Part shown: piece after piece, positions 10,105-20,396 of the stretch
Layout of the letters: every line of letters begins with the position of its first letter
How positions within the stretch are numbered: the first letter of the stretch is position 1
Assembly (NCBI GenBank): GCA_963801815.1
Contig: CAWDGJ010000008.1
Location: 68,105-132,104 of the forward strand
Direction: 5' to 3'
From: an uncultured Verrucomicrobiae bacterium
GTDB lineage: Bacteria > Verrucomicrobiota > Verrucomicrobiia > Chthoniobacterales > UBA10450
DNA length: 64,000 nucleotides
Made by a program: the position numbers and the translations under genes
Notes under the pieces: generated by a model
The model's input: only the letters and a program-made list of their open reading frames with translations
What the model was told of the DNA's origin: nothing
Databases searched by the model: none

Positions 10105-10797
10105 ATGAAGCGGACAATACTCTCGATTCCGATATCGCTCGGTTTAACGCTGCACCTCTTCAGCGCTTCAACTACCAATGCAGCGCCGCCTCCGTCCGCG
10201 CAGGAAATTCTCGAGTCAGTCCGCATGCTCGAAACACAACAACAACTCGATCTCGACGGCCAGCTCCGGCAGAACGACACGGTGGTCCCCTTTCACATCA
10301 GTCAAAACGGTCCGTTGATTCGCTATTCGTTCACTGATCCGGATGAAGTTTTGCAACTCCGCCTCGAGGAAAACGGTTCGCGTCTCGACCTCGTCACCGA
10401 GGACGGTGCGGAAAAGTTTCCACCCGAGAAGCTGGACGAAAAAATCCGCGGCACCGGCGTTACTTATGAAGACCTTGCCCTCAAGTTTCTTTACTGGCCA
10501 GGCGGGCGTGTGCTTGGCGACGAAACTGTCCATGCCCGAAGTTGCTGGAAATTGCAATTGACCGCGCCGACGAGTGATACTCAATACGCGAACGTTTTTC
10601 TCTGGGCCGACAAGAAGAGTGGCGCGCTCATGCGTATGGAAGGTTATGACGCCGGCGGAAAGCTGGTGAAACGGTTCGAAGTTGTTTCCACCCAGAAGAT
10701 CGACAACCGCTGGTTTCTAAAGCAAATGCGGGTGGAAGAAATCCAGCCCGGCACGAACAAAGTGCAGTCCCGTACTTACCTCGAGATCAAGAAGTAG
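10105..10797 (+). CDS. Outer-membrane lipoprotein-sorting (LolA-like) protein
   Basis: Signal peptide; GTGVTYEDL and YDAGGKLVKR motifs. Confidence 0.7.
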   Translation: MKRTILSIPISLGLTLHLFSASTTNAAPPPSAQEILESVRMLETQQQLDLDGQLRQNDTVVPFHISQNGPLIRYSFTDPDEVLQLRLEENGSRLDLVTEDGAEKFPPEKLDEKIRGTGVTYEDLALKFLYWPGGRVLGDETVHARSCWKLQLTAPTSDTQYANVFLWADKKSGALMRMEGYDAGGKLVKRFEVVSTQKIDNRWFLKQMRVEEIQPGTNKVQSRTYLEIKK

Positions 10798-10919
10798 CGG
10801 CGGTTTACAACCGGTCCGAGCGGGACTGGCGTTTGGCGATTGAGGTCAATTCTGCCGCTCTGCGGCAAACTAAAAGCGGGTACATTCTGATACCCTAGCG
10901 GGAGCGTAATCGCCTCTAC
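10794..10919. repeat. Degenerate GTAG REP elements filling the convergent gap
   Basis: gtagcggcggtttacaaccg; ggcgattgaggtcaat; right end reads gtagaggcgatt on minus strand. Confidence 0.6.
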
Positions 10920-11683
10920 TCGTCGCGGGCGGCTTTGACAATCCCAGCGAAGCTGCGCGGATCGAGGCTGGCGCCGCCGACGAGCGCGCCGTCGATATCC
11001 GGCTGCGTCATCAACGTGCGCGCGTTGTCCGGTTTGACGCTACCACCGTACTGAATCCGGATCCGATCGGCGGTCGCTTCATCGGACATTTCGCGAAGGG
11101 TGTGGCGGATGAACGAATGAGCTTCCTGTGCTTGTTCCGGTGTTGCGTTGCGGCCGGTGCCGATCGCCCAGACCGGTTCGTAGGCGATCACCGTTTCCTG
11201 CAGTTCTTTTTCGCCAAGATCCTTCAAACTTCCCCGGAGCTGGATCGACAAAATCTTTTCGACGTTCCCTTTGTCGCGCTGCTCGAGCGTTTCGCCCACA
11301 CAAACGATCGGTCGAAGTGTGGCTTCGTGCGCGGCGCGGACCTTCTTGTTCACGATTTCATCGCTTTCACCAAACAGACGCCGGCGTTCGCTGTGGCCCA
11401 GAATGACGTAGTGAACGAATAAATCGCGGAGCAACGCCGCACTGATCTCACCGGTGAACGCACCGTTGCGCTCCCAGTGCATATTTTGGGCGCCGACCTT
11501 GATGCTTTGCCCGCTTTTCTCGAGCAACTCGGTGACCTTCGCAATGGCGGTGAACGGCGGAATGATTACTATGTCGACGTCTCGAATGTCGGCGACATCG
11601 ATCAGGAATGATTCGATGAACCGGGCCGACTCGGCCTGAGTCATGTTCATCTTCCAGTTAGCCGCAACGATTTTTTTACGCAT
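10916..11683 (-). CDS. tpiA: Triosephosphate isomerase
   Basis: ANWKMN, LGHSERR, AYEPVWAIGTG, YGGSVKP, LVGGASL. Confidence 0.98.
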   Translation of the reverse strand: MRKKIVAANWKMNMTQAESARFIESFLIDVADIRDVDIVIIPPFTAIAKVTELLEKSGQSIKVGAQNMHWERNGAFTGEISAALLRDLFVHYVILGHSERRRLFGESDEIVNKKVRAAHEATLRPIVCVGETLEQRDKGNVEKILSIQLRGSLKDLGEKELQETVIAYEPVWAIGTGRNATPEQAQEAHSFIRHTLREMSDEATADRIRIQYGGSVKPDNARTLMTQPDIDGALVGGASLDPRSFAGIVKAARDE

Positions 11684-11692
11684 AGATTTTCT

Positions 11693-11762
11693 GACAGAAT
11701 GAACAGAATTTAAAGAATGGCCGGGAGCAGAAAATCATTCTGCCCATTTTGTTGATTCTGTC
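11693..11762. repeat. Inverted nonamer array between pgk and tpiA
   Basis: gacagaatg aacagaatt taaagaatg ... cattctgcc cattttgtt gattctgtc. Confidence 0.8.
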
Positions 11763-12973
11763 TAAGTCTTATCGGTTAAGGCAGCAACCCCGGGAAGTTC
11801 TTTGCCCTCGAGTAATTCGAGCGACGCGCCGCCGCCGGTGGAAATAAAAGTCATTTTATCGGCGAGGCCGGCTTGTTTCACCGCCGTGACGGAATCGCCG
11901 CCGCCGATAATTGTCGTCGCTCCGGATTTTGCCAGCGCTTCCGCAATCGCGATCGTGCCTTCGGCAAAATCCGGAATTTCGAAGATCCCGACAGGTCCGT
12001 TCCACAGAATCGTTTTCGCTTTCGCGATCTCCTCCTGAAACAACGCAATCGTCGCTTTGCCGATGTCGACCGCCTGCCAACCGTCGGTGATTCCGCTCTG
12101 GCGAGAAAGCCGGCTGGTATTTCTCTCTTTCGCGCCGGGTTTGATTTCCTCCGTCTCAACGACGTCAATCGGCAGCAAAAATTTCACGCCTCGCTTATTC
12201 GCGAGATCGACAAGTTCCTTGGCCAGATCTGTCTTGTCGGCTTCGACACGGCTCGCGCCGATCGGAATTCCCTCGGCTTTGAAAAAAGTGTTCGCCATCG
12301 CGCCGCCGATCAGAATCGTGTCCGCTTTTTGCATCAACGCCTGGAGCACGCCGATTTTGTCTGAAACTTTCGAGCCGCCCATGATGACAACGAACGGTTT
12401 GGCCGGCTTGTCGAGTTCCTCGTGAAGATACTTCAGTTCTTTCTCCATTAGGAAACCCATCACGCAGGGTTTGATGAACTTCGCTATGCCGGCGGTGGAG
12501 GCATGCGCACGATGGGCCGCGCCAAAGGCATCGTTCACGTAAATCTCACCGAACTTCGCGAGCGCTTCGGAAAATTTCGGATCGTTTGCTTCTTCCTCCG
12601 GCTGAAACCGCAGGTTCTCGAGCATCGCGACATCACAATCCTGCATCGCTGCGATGATCTTTTGGGGCACCTCGCCGATCGTGTCGTGACTAAAAATGAC
12701 CGGCTGATTGATTAACGTATGCAAATGGTCCGCCACCGGTCGCAGTGAATACTTCGGCACCCGTTCTCCTTTCGGGCGCCCAAAGTGCGACATCAAAATC
12801 GTCCGTGCTCTATTTTCCCTCAGATAATTGATCGTCGGCAACGCTTCACGAATTCGAGTGTCGTCAGTGATTTCAATTTTGTCGCCGTCTTCTTTGATCG
12901 GCACGTTGAAATCGACGCGCACCAGCACGCGCTTGCCGCGAACATCGACATCTCGAAGCGTGAGTTTCGCCAT
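11762..12973 (-). CDS. pgk: Phosphoglycerate kinase
   Basis: RVDFNVP, SHFGRP, DAFGAAHRAHAS, GGGDS, STGGGASLELLEG; start at MAKL. Confidence 0.98.
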   Translation of the reverse strand: MAKLTLRDVDVRGKRVLVRVDFNVPIKEDGDKIEITDDTRIREALPTINYLRENRARTILMSHFGRPKGERVPKYSLRPVADHLHTLINQPVIFSHDTIGEVPQKIIAAMQDCDVAMLENLRFQPEEEANDPKFSEALAKFGEIYVNDAFGAAHRAHASTAGIAKFIKPCVMGFLMEKELKYLHEELDKPAKPFVVIMGGSKVSDKIGVLQALMQKADTILIGGAMANTFFKAEGIPIGASRVEADKTDLAKELVDLANKRGVKFLLPIDVVETEEIKPGAKERNTSRLSRQSGITDGWQAVDIGKATIALFQEEIAKAKTILWNGPVGIFEIPDFAEGTIAIAEALAKSGATTIIGGGDSVTAVKQAGLADKMTFISTGGGASLELLEGKELPGVAALTDKT

Positions 12974-12984
12974 TTTCGACCTAG

Positions 12985-13049
12985 GCCGGATTAACAAGAT
13001 TCACCGGATTTGATTTTCTGGAATCAATTTTAATCCTGTAAATCGTGTC
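12985..13049. repeat. Inverted nonamer array between gap and pgk
   Basis: gccggatt aacaagatt caccggatt ... aatcctgta aatcgtgtc. Confidence 0.7.
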
Positions 13050-13054
13050 TTCTT

Positions 13055-14056
13055 TTATTTGGCGAGCATTTCCATCATTTCGACGCAACGGTTGCTGTAG
13101 CCCCACTCGTTATCGTACCAACCGACAACCTTCACGAACCGGTTGCCGAGCATGATCGTTAGCTTGCTGTCGAAGATGCAGGAGTGCGGATTGCCGATGA
13201 TGTCGTGTGACACGAGCGGCTCGTCGCTGTATTCGAGTACGCCTTTGTAACTTTTGTCGCCGGCAGCTTCCTTAAACGCGGCATTGATGGCATCAACCGT
13301 GGCATCTTTTTCGAGCACCGCGCTGAAATCGGTCACCGAACCGTCCGGGGTCGGCACGCGGAAGGCGCCGCCGTTCAATTTGCCTTTCAAATCGGGAATG
13401 ACTTCTCCGATCGCTTTCGCGGCCCCGGTGCTTGAAGGAATGATGCTGACCGCCGCCGCCCGCGCGCGTCGTAAATCTTCGTGCGGAAGATCCAGGATAC
13501 GCTGGTCGTTGGTGTAAGCGTGGATCGTGCTCATGAAACCATGAGCGATTCCGAATTTCTGGTGCAACACTTTCGCCAGCGGCGCGAGACAATTGGTCGT
13601 GCAGCTCGCGTTCGAAACGATCGTGTGCTTCTGCGGATCATAAACGTCGTCGTTGATCCCGATGCAAATCGTTGCATCAGGATTCTTCGCAGGAGCTGAA
13701 ATGAGAACGCGCTTCGCGCCACCTTTGCTAAGGTGTAGCTCGGCTTTATCGCGAGCAGTGAAGAATCCGGTCGATTCGAGCACCACGTCGACATCCAATT
13801 TTTTCCACGGCAAGTTTCCGGGGTCACGTTCCTTAAAGATCTTAATCTTGTGGCCGCGAACGATGATGCTCTCCGCGTCGTGACCGATCTCGCCGTTGAA
13901 TTTTCCGTGGACCGAGTCCCATTTTAGCAAATGGGCAAGCGTCTTGGTGTCAGTGATATCGTTGATTGCCTGGACGTGCTCGACTTGTTTTTGCGTCATT
14001 GCGCGAAGGACATTGCGTCCGATGCGCCCGAAGCCATTGATTGCGTAATTAGCCAT
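13055..14056 (-). CDS. gap: Glyceraldehyde-3-phosphate dehydrogenase (type I)
   Basis: INGFGRIGR, SNASCTTNCLAP, WYDNEWGYS. Confidence 0.98.
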   Translation of the reverse strand: MANYAINGFGRIGRNVLRAMTQKQVEHVQAINDITDTKTLAHLLKWDSVHGKFNGEIGHDAESIIVRGHKIKIFKERDPGNLPWKKLDVDVVLESTGFFTARDKAELHLSKGGAKRVLISAPAKNPDATICIGINDDVYDPQKHTIVSNASCTTNCLAPLAKVLHQKFGIAHGFMSTIHAYTNDQRILDLPHEDLRRARAAAVSIIPSSTGAAKAIGEVIPDLKGKLNGGAFRVPTPDGSVTDFSAVLEKDATVDAINAAFKEAAGDKSYKGVLEYSDEPLVSHDIIGNPHSCIFDSKLTIMLGNRFVKVVGWYDNEWGYSNRCVEMMEMLAK

Positions 14057-14126
14057 AGATAGATTTCCGAATTGCGACTTATCGATTGCTGAGATTCGTC
14101 AGCAATCAGGAGGGCGGAAAAATAGA

Positions 14127-14825
14127 ATGGGCGACTCGATGAAGCAATTGAGAAGTATCGTTGTTATTTTCTCGATCTTCTGCGTGCAAACTGCACCCGC
14201 CATCGCCCGCGATTCCTCACCGATGAAGCGAATCCTCGTGCTCGGCGATAGCCTATCAGCCGGCTTCGGTCTGAAATCGAGCCAGGCGTGGCCCGCATTG
14301 GTGACAGAAAAAATGCGCGAGCACGGTCTAACGAATTTCGAGATCACGAACGCCAGTCAAACCGGTGGGACAACTGGGGGCGGATTGCAGCGTCTTCCCC
14401 CGCACTTAAAGCGGAAGATCGACATCTTCATTCTCGAGCTCGGAATCAATGACGCGTTTCGTGGCGTGCCGATCGCGCAAATTCGAGACAACCTGCAAAT
14501 GATCGTCGATCGGGTAAAAGAACGAAATCCAAACGCGCGCGTAATCATTGCCGGCATGCAACTTCCGAATTACACCGCGGACGATTACGTTTCTGCGTTC
14601 GCGGGAATTTATGCCGAACTCGCTGCGAAAAATAAAGCACTGCTAATTCCATATTTGCTTGAAGGTGTCGGTGGCGATCCGTTGTTGAATCAGCCGGACC
14701 ATGTGCATCCAAATGCGGCCGGTCAGAAGATTCTTACCGACAATGTCTGGCGCGTGCTCGAGCCGATCGCACGTGAAGTTGCGAGCGGACCCTCACCCGA
14801 CGCTGCCGCGGCTTCCTCTCCCTGA
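14127..14825 (+). CDS. SGNH/GDSL arylesterase (TesA-like)
   Basis: LGDSLSAG, ELGIND, DHVHPN; signal peptide. Confidence 0.9.
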   Translation: MGDSMKQLRSIVVIFSIFCVQTAPAIARDSSPMKRILVLGDSLSAGFGLKSSQAWPALVTEKMREHGLTNFEITNASQTGGTTGGGLQRLPPHLKRKIDIFILELGINDAFRGVPIAQIRDNLQMIVDRVKERNPNARVIIAGMQLPNYTADDYVSAFAGIYAELAAKNKALLIPYLLEGVGGDPLLNQPDHVHPNAAGQKILTDNVWRVLEPIAREVASGPSPDAAAASSP

Positions 14826-14846
14826 GGGAGAGGAGTAAGGTGAGGG
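14790..14846. repeat. Nested hairpin REP-like element overlapping the esterase 3' end
   Basis: ccctcacc...ggtgaggg enclosing cctctccc-tga-gggagagg; the TGA loop is the stop codon. Confidence 0.7.
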
Positions 14847-14900
14847 CAAGGTTCAGCAATTCTACTAACGACCAGCATAGCGATGAGCAGCGTAAATTGA

Positions 14901-15194
14901 TTGATGGATCCGGCACGCCCAAACGAGCCCGAACCGAGCGACCCGTTTAATCCCGAACGCGCTGATCACGCCGTCATCGAAACGATCGAGATCGCCACCG
15001 AAGGCGAAGATTGCGACGCCTGTGTCCGCAAACTGCGCCCAGTGTTGATGAAAATTCCAGGGGTCCTCGACGTAGTTGTGGATCTTCCCGACGAACGCGT
15101 GATCGTGAAATTCGACGCCCGCAAAGTTCACGTGCCCGATTTGCACGACGCGGTTCTGCAGAGTGGCTACAAACCGGCGCCCGTAGCGGATTAG
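14901..15194 (+). CDS. Heavy-metal-associated (HMA) domain protein
   Basis: GEDCDACV CxxC motif, IPGVLDVVVDL, AVLQSGY. Confidence 0.85.
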   Translation: MMDPARPNEPEPSDPFNPERADHAVIETIEIATEGEDCDACVRKLRPVLMKIPGVLDVVVDLPDERVIVKFDARKVHVPDLHDAVLQSGYKPAPVAD

Positions 15195-15197
15195 GCT

Positions 15198-15239
15198 GTA
15201 GTGGCTTATCGAATGGCGATTGAAGTCAATCGCCGCTAC
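15198..15239. repeat. GTAG REP doublet remnant
   Basis: gtagtggc...ggcgattgaagtcaatcgccgctac. Confidence 0.7.
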
Positions 15240-16294
15240 CTGATCTCTGGTTGCTGCTGGGTTAGACAGTGGAATGTGCCGAGGCCCCAGATTAATTCGC
15301 GACAATCGATCCCAACCACGCGGCGGTTTGGAAAACAATCTTGCAAGATCGACAATGCCATTTTGTCGGCGGGATCGGCAAATGTTGGAATGAGCACAAC
15401 TTCGTTCGCGATGTAAAAGTTGGCGTAACTCGCGGGAAGCCGCATTCCTTCGCGAACGATCCTCTTCGGCATCGGCAATGTGACGATGTCGATCTTGTCC
15501 CGCTTAGCGGGGCCAATCTTCATTTCGCGGAGGCGAGCGAGATTTTCCTGAAGCGGTTTGTAGTTCGCGTCATCACGATTTTCTTCGACCACGGTCACGA
15601 CCTTCGTTTCGGCAACGAAGCGCGCGAGATCGTCGATGTGGCCATCGGTATCGTCCCCTTCGATTCCATCGCCGAGCCAAAGGATTTCGCTAACGCCAAG
15701 AAAGTCGCGTAAGCGCTCCTCAATTTGGCGGCGCGATAGATTCGGGTTGCGGTTCGTATTTAGAAGACACGACTCGCTGGTGAGAAGCGTGCCGGCCCCG
15801 TTCACCTCGATCGACCCGCCTTCCAAAATCATTTTCGGATAGAAAACCGGGACCTTCAGGAGCTCAGCTACCCGGGTCGGCACAACTTCGTCGAGATCGA
15901 ACGGCGGATATTTGTTTCCCCAGGCGTTGTAGTCCCAGTCAACGATCGCCAGTCTTGGATCGGCGTCGCGGGTCAGGAAGATCGGGCCATGATCGCGGCA
16001 CCACGGCTCGTTCGTCGGGAGCTCATAATAAGTAATGCATTCCTGATTCGGCAACGGGTCGAGGACTGCCCGCGCTTCGGCTTCATGCGCACCATTGATC
16101 ACGTTGATGCAAACCGCCTCGCTCTCGGTCAACGCGCCGACCATTTCGCGCAACGCGGGAAGAACACGATCGAACGAATCGGGAAAACTGATTCCTTCGC
16201 GGCGCGGCCAGGAAAGCCAGGTCGCGGAATGCGGCTCCCACTCGGCCGGCATGCGATAACCGAGCTGAGCGGGAGTTTTGTCCGCCGATTCCAT
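15236..16294 (-). CDS. aguA: Agmatine deiminase (PPAD family)
   Basis: RMPAEWEPH, WCRDHGP, LEGGSI, DTDGHID, ASYANFY, GTFHCLTQQQP. Confidence 0.92.
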   Translation of the reverse strand: MESADKTPAQLGYRMPAEWEPHSATWLSWPRREGISFPDSFDRVLPALREMVGALTESEAVCINVINGAHEAEARAVLDPLPNQECITYYELPTNEPWCRDHGPIFLTRDADPRLAIVDWDYNAWGNKYPPFDLDEVVPTRVAELLKVPVFYPKMILEGGSIEVNGAGTLLTSESCLLNTNRNPNLSRRQIEERLRDFLGVSEILWLGDGIEGDDTDGHIDDLARFVAETKVVTVVEENRDDANYKPLQENLARLREMKIGPAKRDKIDIVTLPMPKRIVREGMRLPASYANFYIANEVVLIPTFADPADKMALSILQDCFPNRRVVGIDCRELIWGLGTFHCLTQQQPEIR

Positions 16295-16303
16295 TTATCA
16301 ATT

Positions 16304-16435
16304 AAGCACCAAATCCCAAGCACCAAATCCCAAACAATTTCAAATAACCAAAAATTCCAAACCGTGCGCATAAGCCGCACGTAGGTTTAAAGCTTGGGAT
16401 TTCCCTGGAACCTGGGATTTGGCGATTTGGAATTT
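16304..16435. repeat. Inverted heptamer array
   Basis: aagcacc aaatccc aagcacc aaatccc aaac ... gggattt ggcgatt tggaattt. Confidence 0.85.
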
Positions 16436-16444
16436 CCGCCGCGG

Positions 16445-16867
16445 CTACTGCGCGGCGGCTCGCGGTTTGTAAATTGCGCCGACCAGTGCGCCCATGATGG
16501 CGAAGCAAACCAGGTCAGCGACGAACCACATCAACAATATGTTGGTGGTCAGCGGTTCGACTGCGAACCGAATGATGTTGACGCCACAGGCCAGGATTCC
16601 AATCACGATGCCGTAACCGAATCCCATCCCGGCGCTGTTAACTCCGACTTTGCTGACGTAAAGGCCAGTGAACGCGAAGGCGACAACGGCGTGGCCGAGA
16701 ATCAGAATCGGAAAATGGCTGTTGAAGTCAGCTTCCGCACGCCACATGGATGCCGTGGCCTGATACATCGGCTTCATCAACATGCCATGCCACAAGAAGC
16801 CGAACAAAAACATGAAAACGAACGCAACGATGAATGCAATGAAACCTCGTTTGTGGTTGTGATTCAT
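16445..16867 (-). CDS. Four-TM hypothetical membrane protein
   Basis: Four hydrophobic segments, GFLWHG. Confidence 0.75.
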   Translation of the reverse strand: MNHNHKRGFIAFIVAFVFMFLFGFLWHGMLMKPMYQATASMWRAEADFNSHFPILILGHAVVAFAFTGLYVSKVGVNSAGMGFGYGIVIGILACGVNIIRFAVEPLTTNILLMWFVADLVCFAIMGALVGAIYKPRAAAQ

Positions 16868-16928
16868 GCGCCCTTCTAATGACGATCGCGTCCGGTTGTC
16901 GATCCTAAAGACGGGGGCTCACACCTAG

Positions 16929-17975
16929 TCAATCCTGCAACCCGGGAATGTGACCGTAACCGATAAATGTCGGCCGCAATTTGCCGTCGCCGTTACCATC
17001 GTGGTGCTGAACTTTGAAATCGAACACGCTTACGCCGAAGCGGGATTCACCTTGATAAACACGGCCGTCACTCGCGCCCACCATGACGCGGTTTCCGGTC
17101 TTCTTTTCGCGGCCAAGATAAATCATCGCGTGCGTGATCGGTGGATCGCGCTGGACCGAATACGTTCCGGTCCAAAATAGCAGGTCACCCGGCTTCAAAT
17201 CTTCCAATTCAAACGAATCGTCCTTTTCGCTCATCACAGATTCAAACAGCCGGGCGCGGCGCAGCCAGACGTATTGTTCGGCTGAATCGCGCGGGACGTC
17301 GGCAACCTCATTTTGTTTAAGCACGTAGTAAACGAATCCCGAACAGTCCATCCCGCCGCTGGCTGGATCGGCCGAACCGTATTTGTAATCGAGATTGCGC
17401 GTGGTCAGCTCGAGCGCCGAGGTCAGGAGCTTCTGGACTTTGAGCGGGTAATTTTCGAAACCTTTGATCTGATTCGGCAATAACGTTGCGTTGGCAGCGT
17501 GTTGCTTCTTGGCGGGACTCGGGGTTGAGGATGGTTGCGGCGTCTCGCTCGGGCTGGGAGATGCAGTTTCAATCGGAGAGGCCGACGGTTCCGGCGCTGG
17601 CGAACCTTTCTTTTTTCGATGCGGTGACGCCGTCGGCGACGGCGTTGGAGTTGGGGAACTTTTCTTTTTCCTGGTTGTAGCGGATGGCGATTCTTCTTCG
17701 GCGGGTTTTGACTTCTTCTTCTTCGGCGAAGGCGACGCCGACGGAGTCGGTGAACTTTCTTCGCGAGCCGGCGATGATTTCTTCGAGGGAGTTGGACCTA
17801 TGGTCGGCGATTTTTTTTTGGTCGCGGTCGTGGCTGTTTTCTTTCGGGGTTTCGGGGTTGGTGTCGGCGTAGAAAAGGCCTTCTTCAGCGCCTGGCCAAG
17901 ACTTTGCTCGGCTGGTCTCGCCGTCTCAATCGGCAAGACAATGACTGCGATTAAAATGAGAAGGCGGAAAAACAT
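16929..17975 (-). CDS. Secreted NlpC/P60 (C40) peptidase with long P/S/T/K-rich linker
   Basis: YKYGS...GMDCSGFV, PRDS, GDLLFW, THAMIYLG. Confidence 0.88.
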   Translation of the reverse strand: MFFRLLILIAVIVLPIETARPAEQSLGQALKKAFSTPTPTPKPRKKTATTATKKKSPTIGPTPSKKSSPAREESSPTPSASPSPKKKKSKPAEEESPSATTRKKKSSPTPTPSPTASPHRKKKGSPAPEPSASPIETASPSPSETPQPSSTPSPAKKQHAANATLLPNQIKGFENYPLKVQKLLTSALELTTRNLDYKYGSADPASGGMDCSGFVYYVLKQNEVADVPRDSAEQYVWLRRARLFESVMSEKDDSFELEDLKPGDLLFWTGTYSVQRDPPITHAMIYLGREKKTGNRVMVGASDGRVYQGESRFGVSVFDFKVQHHDGNGDGKLRPTFIGYGHIPGLQD

Positions 17976-18049
17976 GTAATCCCTGGTTGGACGCAGAATG
18001 TTCAGGATTCCTTGAATCAGAATTGGCCCTGCATGTTAATCTCTATCGT

Positions 18050-19768
18050 ATGAGAGCAATTCGTCCTGCCATCCTGTTTCTCGTCATCGTCGATCTTGCC
18101 TCGGGCCAAATCGACCGGATTACCGGTAAGAGCTTTGCAACCCGCTCCGAGATTTTGGCCCGACACGGAATGGTCTGCACCAGCGTACCGGCGGCAACAC
18201 AAGTCGGACTCGATATTTTGAAAAAGGGCGGGAGCGCAGTCGACGCCGCGATCGCGGCAAACGCGACGCTCGGCCTAATGGAACCGGTTTCGAATGGAGT
18301 CGGCGGCGATCTGTTTGCGATCGTTTACAGCGCGAAGGACAACAAACTTTACGGAATCAACGGCAGCGGACGTTCGCCGCTCGGCTTGAGCTACGATCAA
18401 ATGAAAGCCGAGCTCGACAAACTCAATCGCAAGACGATCCCGCCGACGGGAATGTTGCCGATCAGCGTTCCCGGAACGGTGGACGCCTGGGCCGAGCTGC
18501 ACAAAAAATTCGGCAAACTGAAACTGAGCGATGATCTCGCGCCGGCGGTTCATTACGCCGAAGAAGGTTTTCCGGTCACGGACTTGATCGCCTATTACTG
18601 GGCGTTTGGCCCGCGGCTTTACAAAGGACTCCCTGGAGCGTTTCTCGAAACCTACACACTCGACGGGAAGGGCCGCACTCCGGCAAAAGCCGACATTTTC
18701 AAGAACCCGGCGCTGGCGAACACGCTCCGATTGATTGGCGAGAAGGGCCGCGACGCTTTCTACAAAGGCGATATCGCGGACAAAATCGACAAGTTCATGC
18801 AGGAGAATGGTGGCTTTCTGCGCAAGGTCGATTTCGAAAAACATTCGAGCACCTGGGTCGAGCCAGTTTCAGTGAATTATCGCGGCTACGATATCTTTGA
18901 GCTGCCACCGAACGGTCAGGGCATCGCGACGTTGCAAATCCTGAACATTCTCGAGGGTTTCGATTTGAAGGCAATGGGCCGCAACTCGCCCGACACATTA
19001 CACACCATGATCGAGGCCAAGAAAATCGCCTGGGCCGATCGCGCCAAATATTACGCCGACCCGGCGTTCGCAAAGATTCCCTTAACCAAGTTGCTGTCGA
19101 AAGAATACGCGGCCGAGCGGCGCAAATTAATCGATCCGATGCACGCAGCGAAATCCGTGGCCGCGGGCAAGATCGATAACGGCGACACGATTTACATGTG
19201 CGCAGCGGACGACGAAGGCAACATGGTGTCGTTGATTCAAAGCAACTATCGCGGAATGGGCAGCGGCATTGTCGTACCCGGCCTCGGTTTTACCTTTCAT
19301 GACCGGGGCGAGCTTTTTTCGATGGAGCCGGGACACGCAAATGTTTACGCGCCGGGGAAACGGCCATTTCACACAATTATTCCAGGATTTGTGATGAAAG
19401 ATGGGAAACCATGGGAAGCGTTCGGCGTAATGGGTGGCGGAATGCAGCCCCAGGGACACGTCCAGGTGCTCACGAACCAGATCGATTTCGGACTCAATGT
19501 GCAGGAAGCCGGCGATGCCTCGCGCTGGCAGCACGAAGGAGACAACGAACCGACTGGCGAGAAAATGGAAACCGGAGGTTACGTGAATTTGGAATCCGGA
19601 ATTCCGATGGAAACCCAGCGCGAGTTATGGAAGCGCGGCCACAATGTCCGTTTTGACGTAGGCGGTTATGGTGGTTACCAGGCGATCAAAGTGGAGATGC
19701 ATGACGGGCAACGCGTTTATGTCGGCGCCAGCGAATCGCGAAAAGACGGACAAGCCGCCGGTTATTAG
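18050..19768 (+). CDS. ggt: Gamma-glutamyltransferase
   Basis: GGSAVDAAIA, GGDLFA, LPPNGQG, GDTIY nucleophile region, PGKRPFHTIIP, GVMGG. Confidence 0.93.
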   Translation: MRAIRPAILFLVIVDLASGQIDRITGKSFATRSEILARHGMVCTSVPAATQVGLDILKKGGSAVDAAIAANATLGLMEPVSNGVGGDLFAIVYSAKDNKLYGINGSGRSPLGLSYDQMKAELDKLNRKTIPPTGMLPISVPGTVDAWAELHKKFGKLKLSDDLAPAVHYAEEGFPVTDLIAYYWAFGPRLYKGLPGAFLETYTLDGKGRTPAKADIFKNPALANTLRLIGEKGRDAFYKGDIADKIDKFMQENGGFLRKVDFEKHSSTWVEPVSVNYRGYDIFELPPNGQGIATLQILNILEGFDLKAMGRNSPDTLHTMIEAKKIAWADRAKYYADPAFAKIPLTKLLSKEYAAERRKLIDPMHAAKSVAAGKIDNGDTIYMCAADDEGNMVSLIQSNYRGMGSGIVVPGLGFTFHDRGELFSMEPGHANVYAPGKRPFHTIIPGFVMKDGKPWEAFGVMGGGMQPQGHVQVLTNQIDFGLNVQEAGDASRWQHEGDNEPTGEKMETGGYVNLESGIPMETQRELWKRGHNVRFDVGGYGGYQAIKVEMHDGQRVYVGASESRKDGQAAGY

Positions 19769-20364
19769 TTCTTCTGCCCTGTCAGCTCCGCGAGCTTTTG
19801 TTGGGCGCGGGCAACGTCGGATCTGCGGGCGCTGCCCAGTGCGAGAAGCTTTTCCTGGCGATGCACGTTGGCTTCAGCCGCATCGAGGTCGGCCTGTTCG
19901 CGCTTCGTACTGGCGGAGTGCGCCGCTTCGATCGCGAGCGCGAGATTATTTTCCGCCGGGGTGACCTCCGTCTTCGCGATTTCGCCCGCGCCTAGCTGCT
20001 TGTCCTTCTGCAACATCTGTTCCTTCGCCACGACCAAGCGGGCATTCGCCAACTGAAATTCAAGATGGACCACCCGCAGCTTGCGTTGCTCGACTTCCAA
20101 TTTTGAAAGCGCACCGATTTTTAGAAGCTTGTCCAGCCCGGCGAGATTTCTTTTTGCCCGCTCGAACTGTTGTTCGAGTTTGGCAAGATCGACGTCGCGG
20201 GGCGAATCATTCGAAGCTCTCGACTCCGGCAACGGTTCATTGTCCCGATTTGGAATCAATAACGGCGGTTCGATGTCGAATGAGTCCGGTTCCAAGTCGG
20301 AGGATTTGTTATCAGCGAGGGCGATCGAGCTGATCGTCAGGAGAAGCGCAGCCAGGCGCCACAT
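19765..20364 (-). CDS. Secreted helical/coiled-coil hypothetical protein
   Basis: Signal peptide; repeated LLKIGALSK / LLALGSARR helices. Confidence 0.7.
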   Translation of the reverse strand: MWRLAALLLTISSIALADNKSSDLEPDSFDIEPPLLIPNRDNEPLPESRASNDSPRDVDLAKLEQQFERAKRNLAGLDKLLKIGALSKLEVEQRKLRVVHLEFQLANARLVVAKEQMLQKDKQLGAGEIAKTEVTPAENNLALAIEAAHSASTKREQADLDAAEANVHRQEKLLALGSARRSDVARAQQKLAELTGQKN

Positions 20365-20396
20365 GCACGAAACTTAAGCGAAAACAACGTCGGAGG

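Noticed and set aside
17480..17870. Pro/Thr/Ser/Lys tracts (also 60100-60940) as DNA repeat elements
   Set aside because: Codons vary synonymously, so these are protein linkers.
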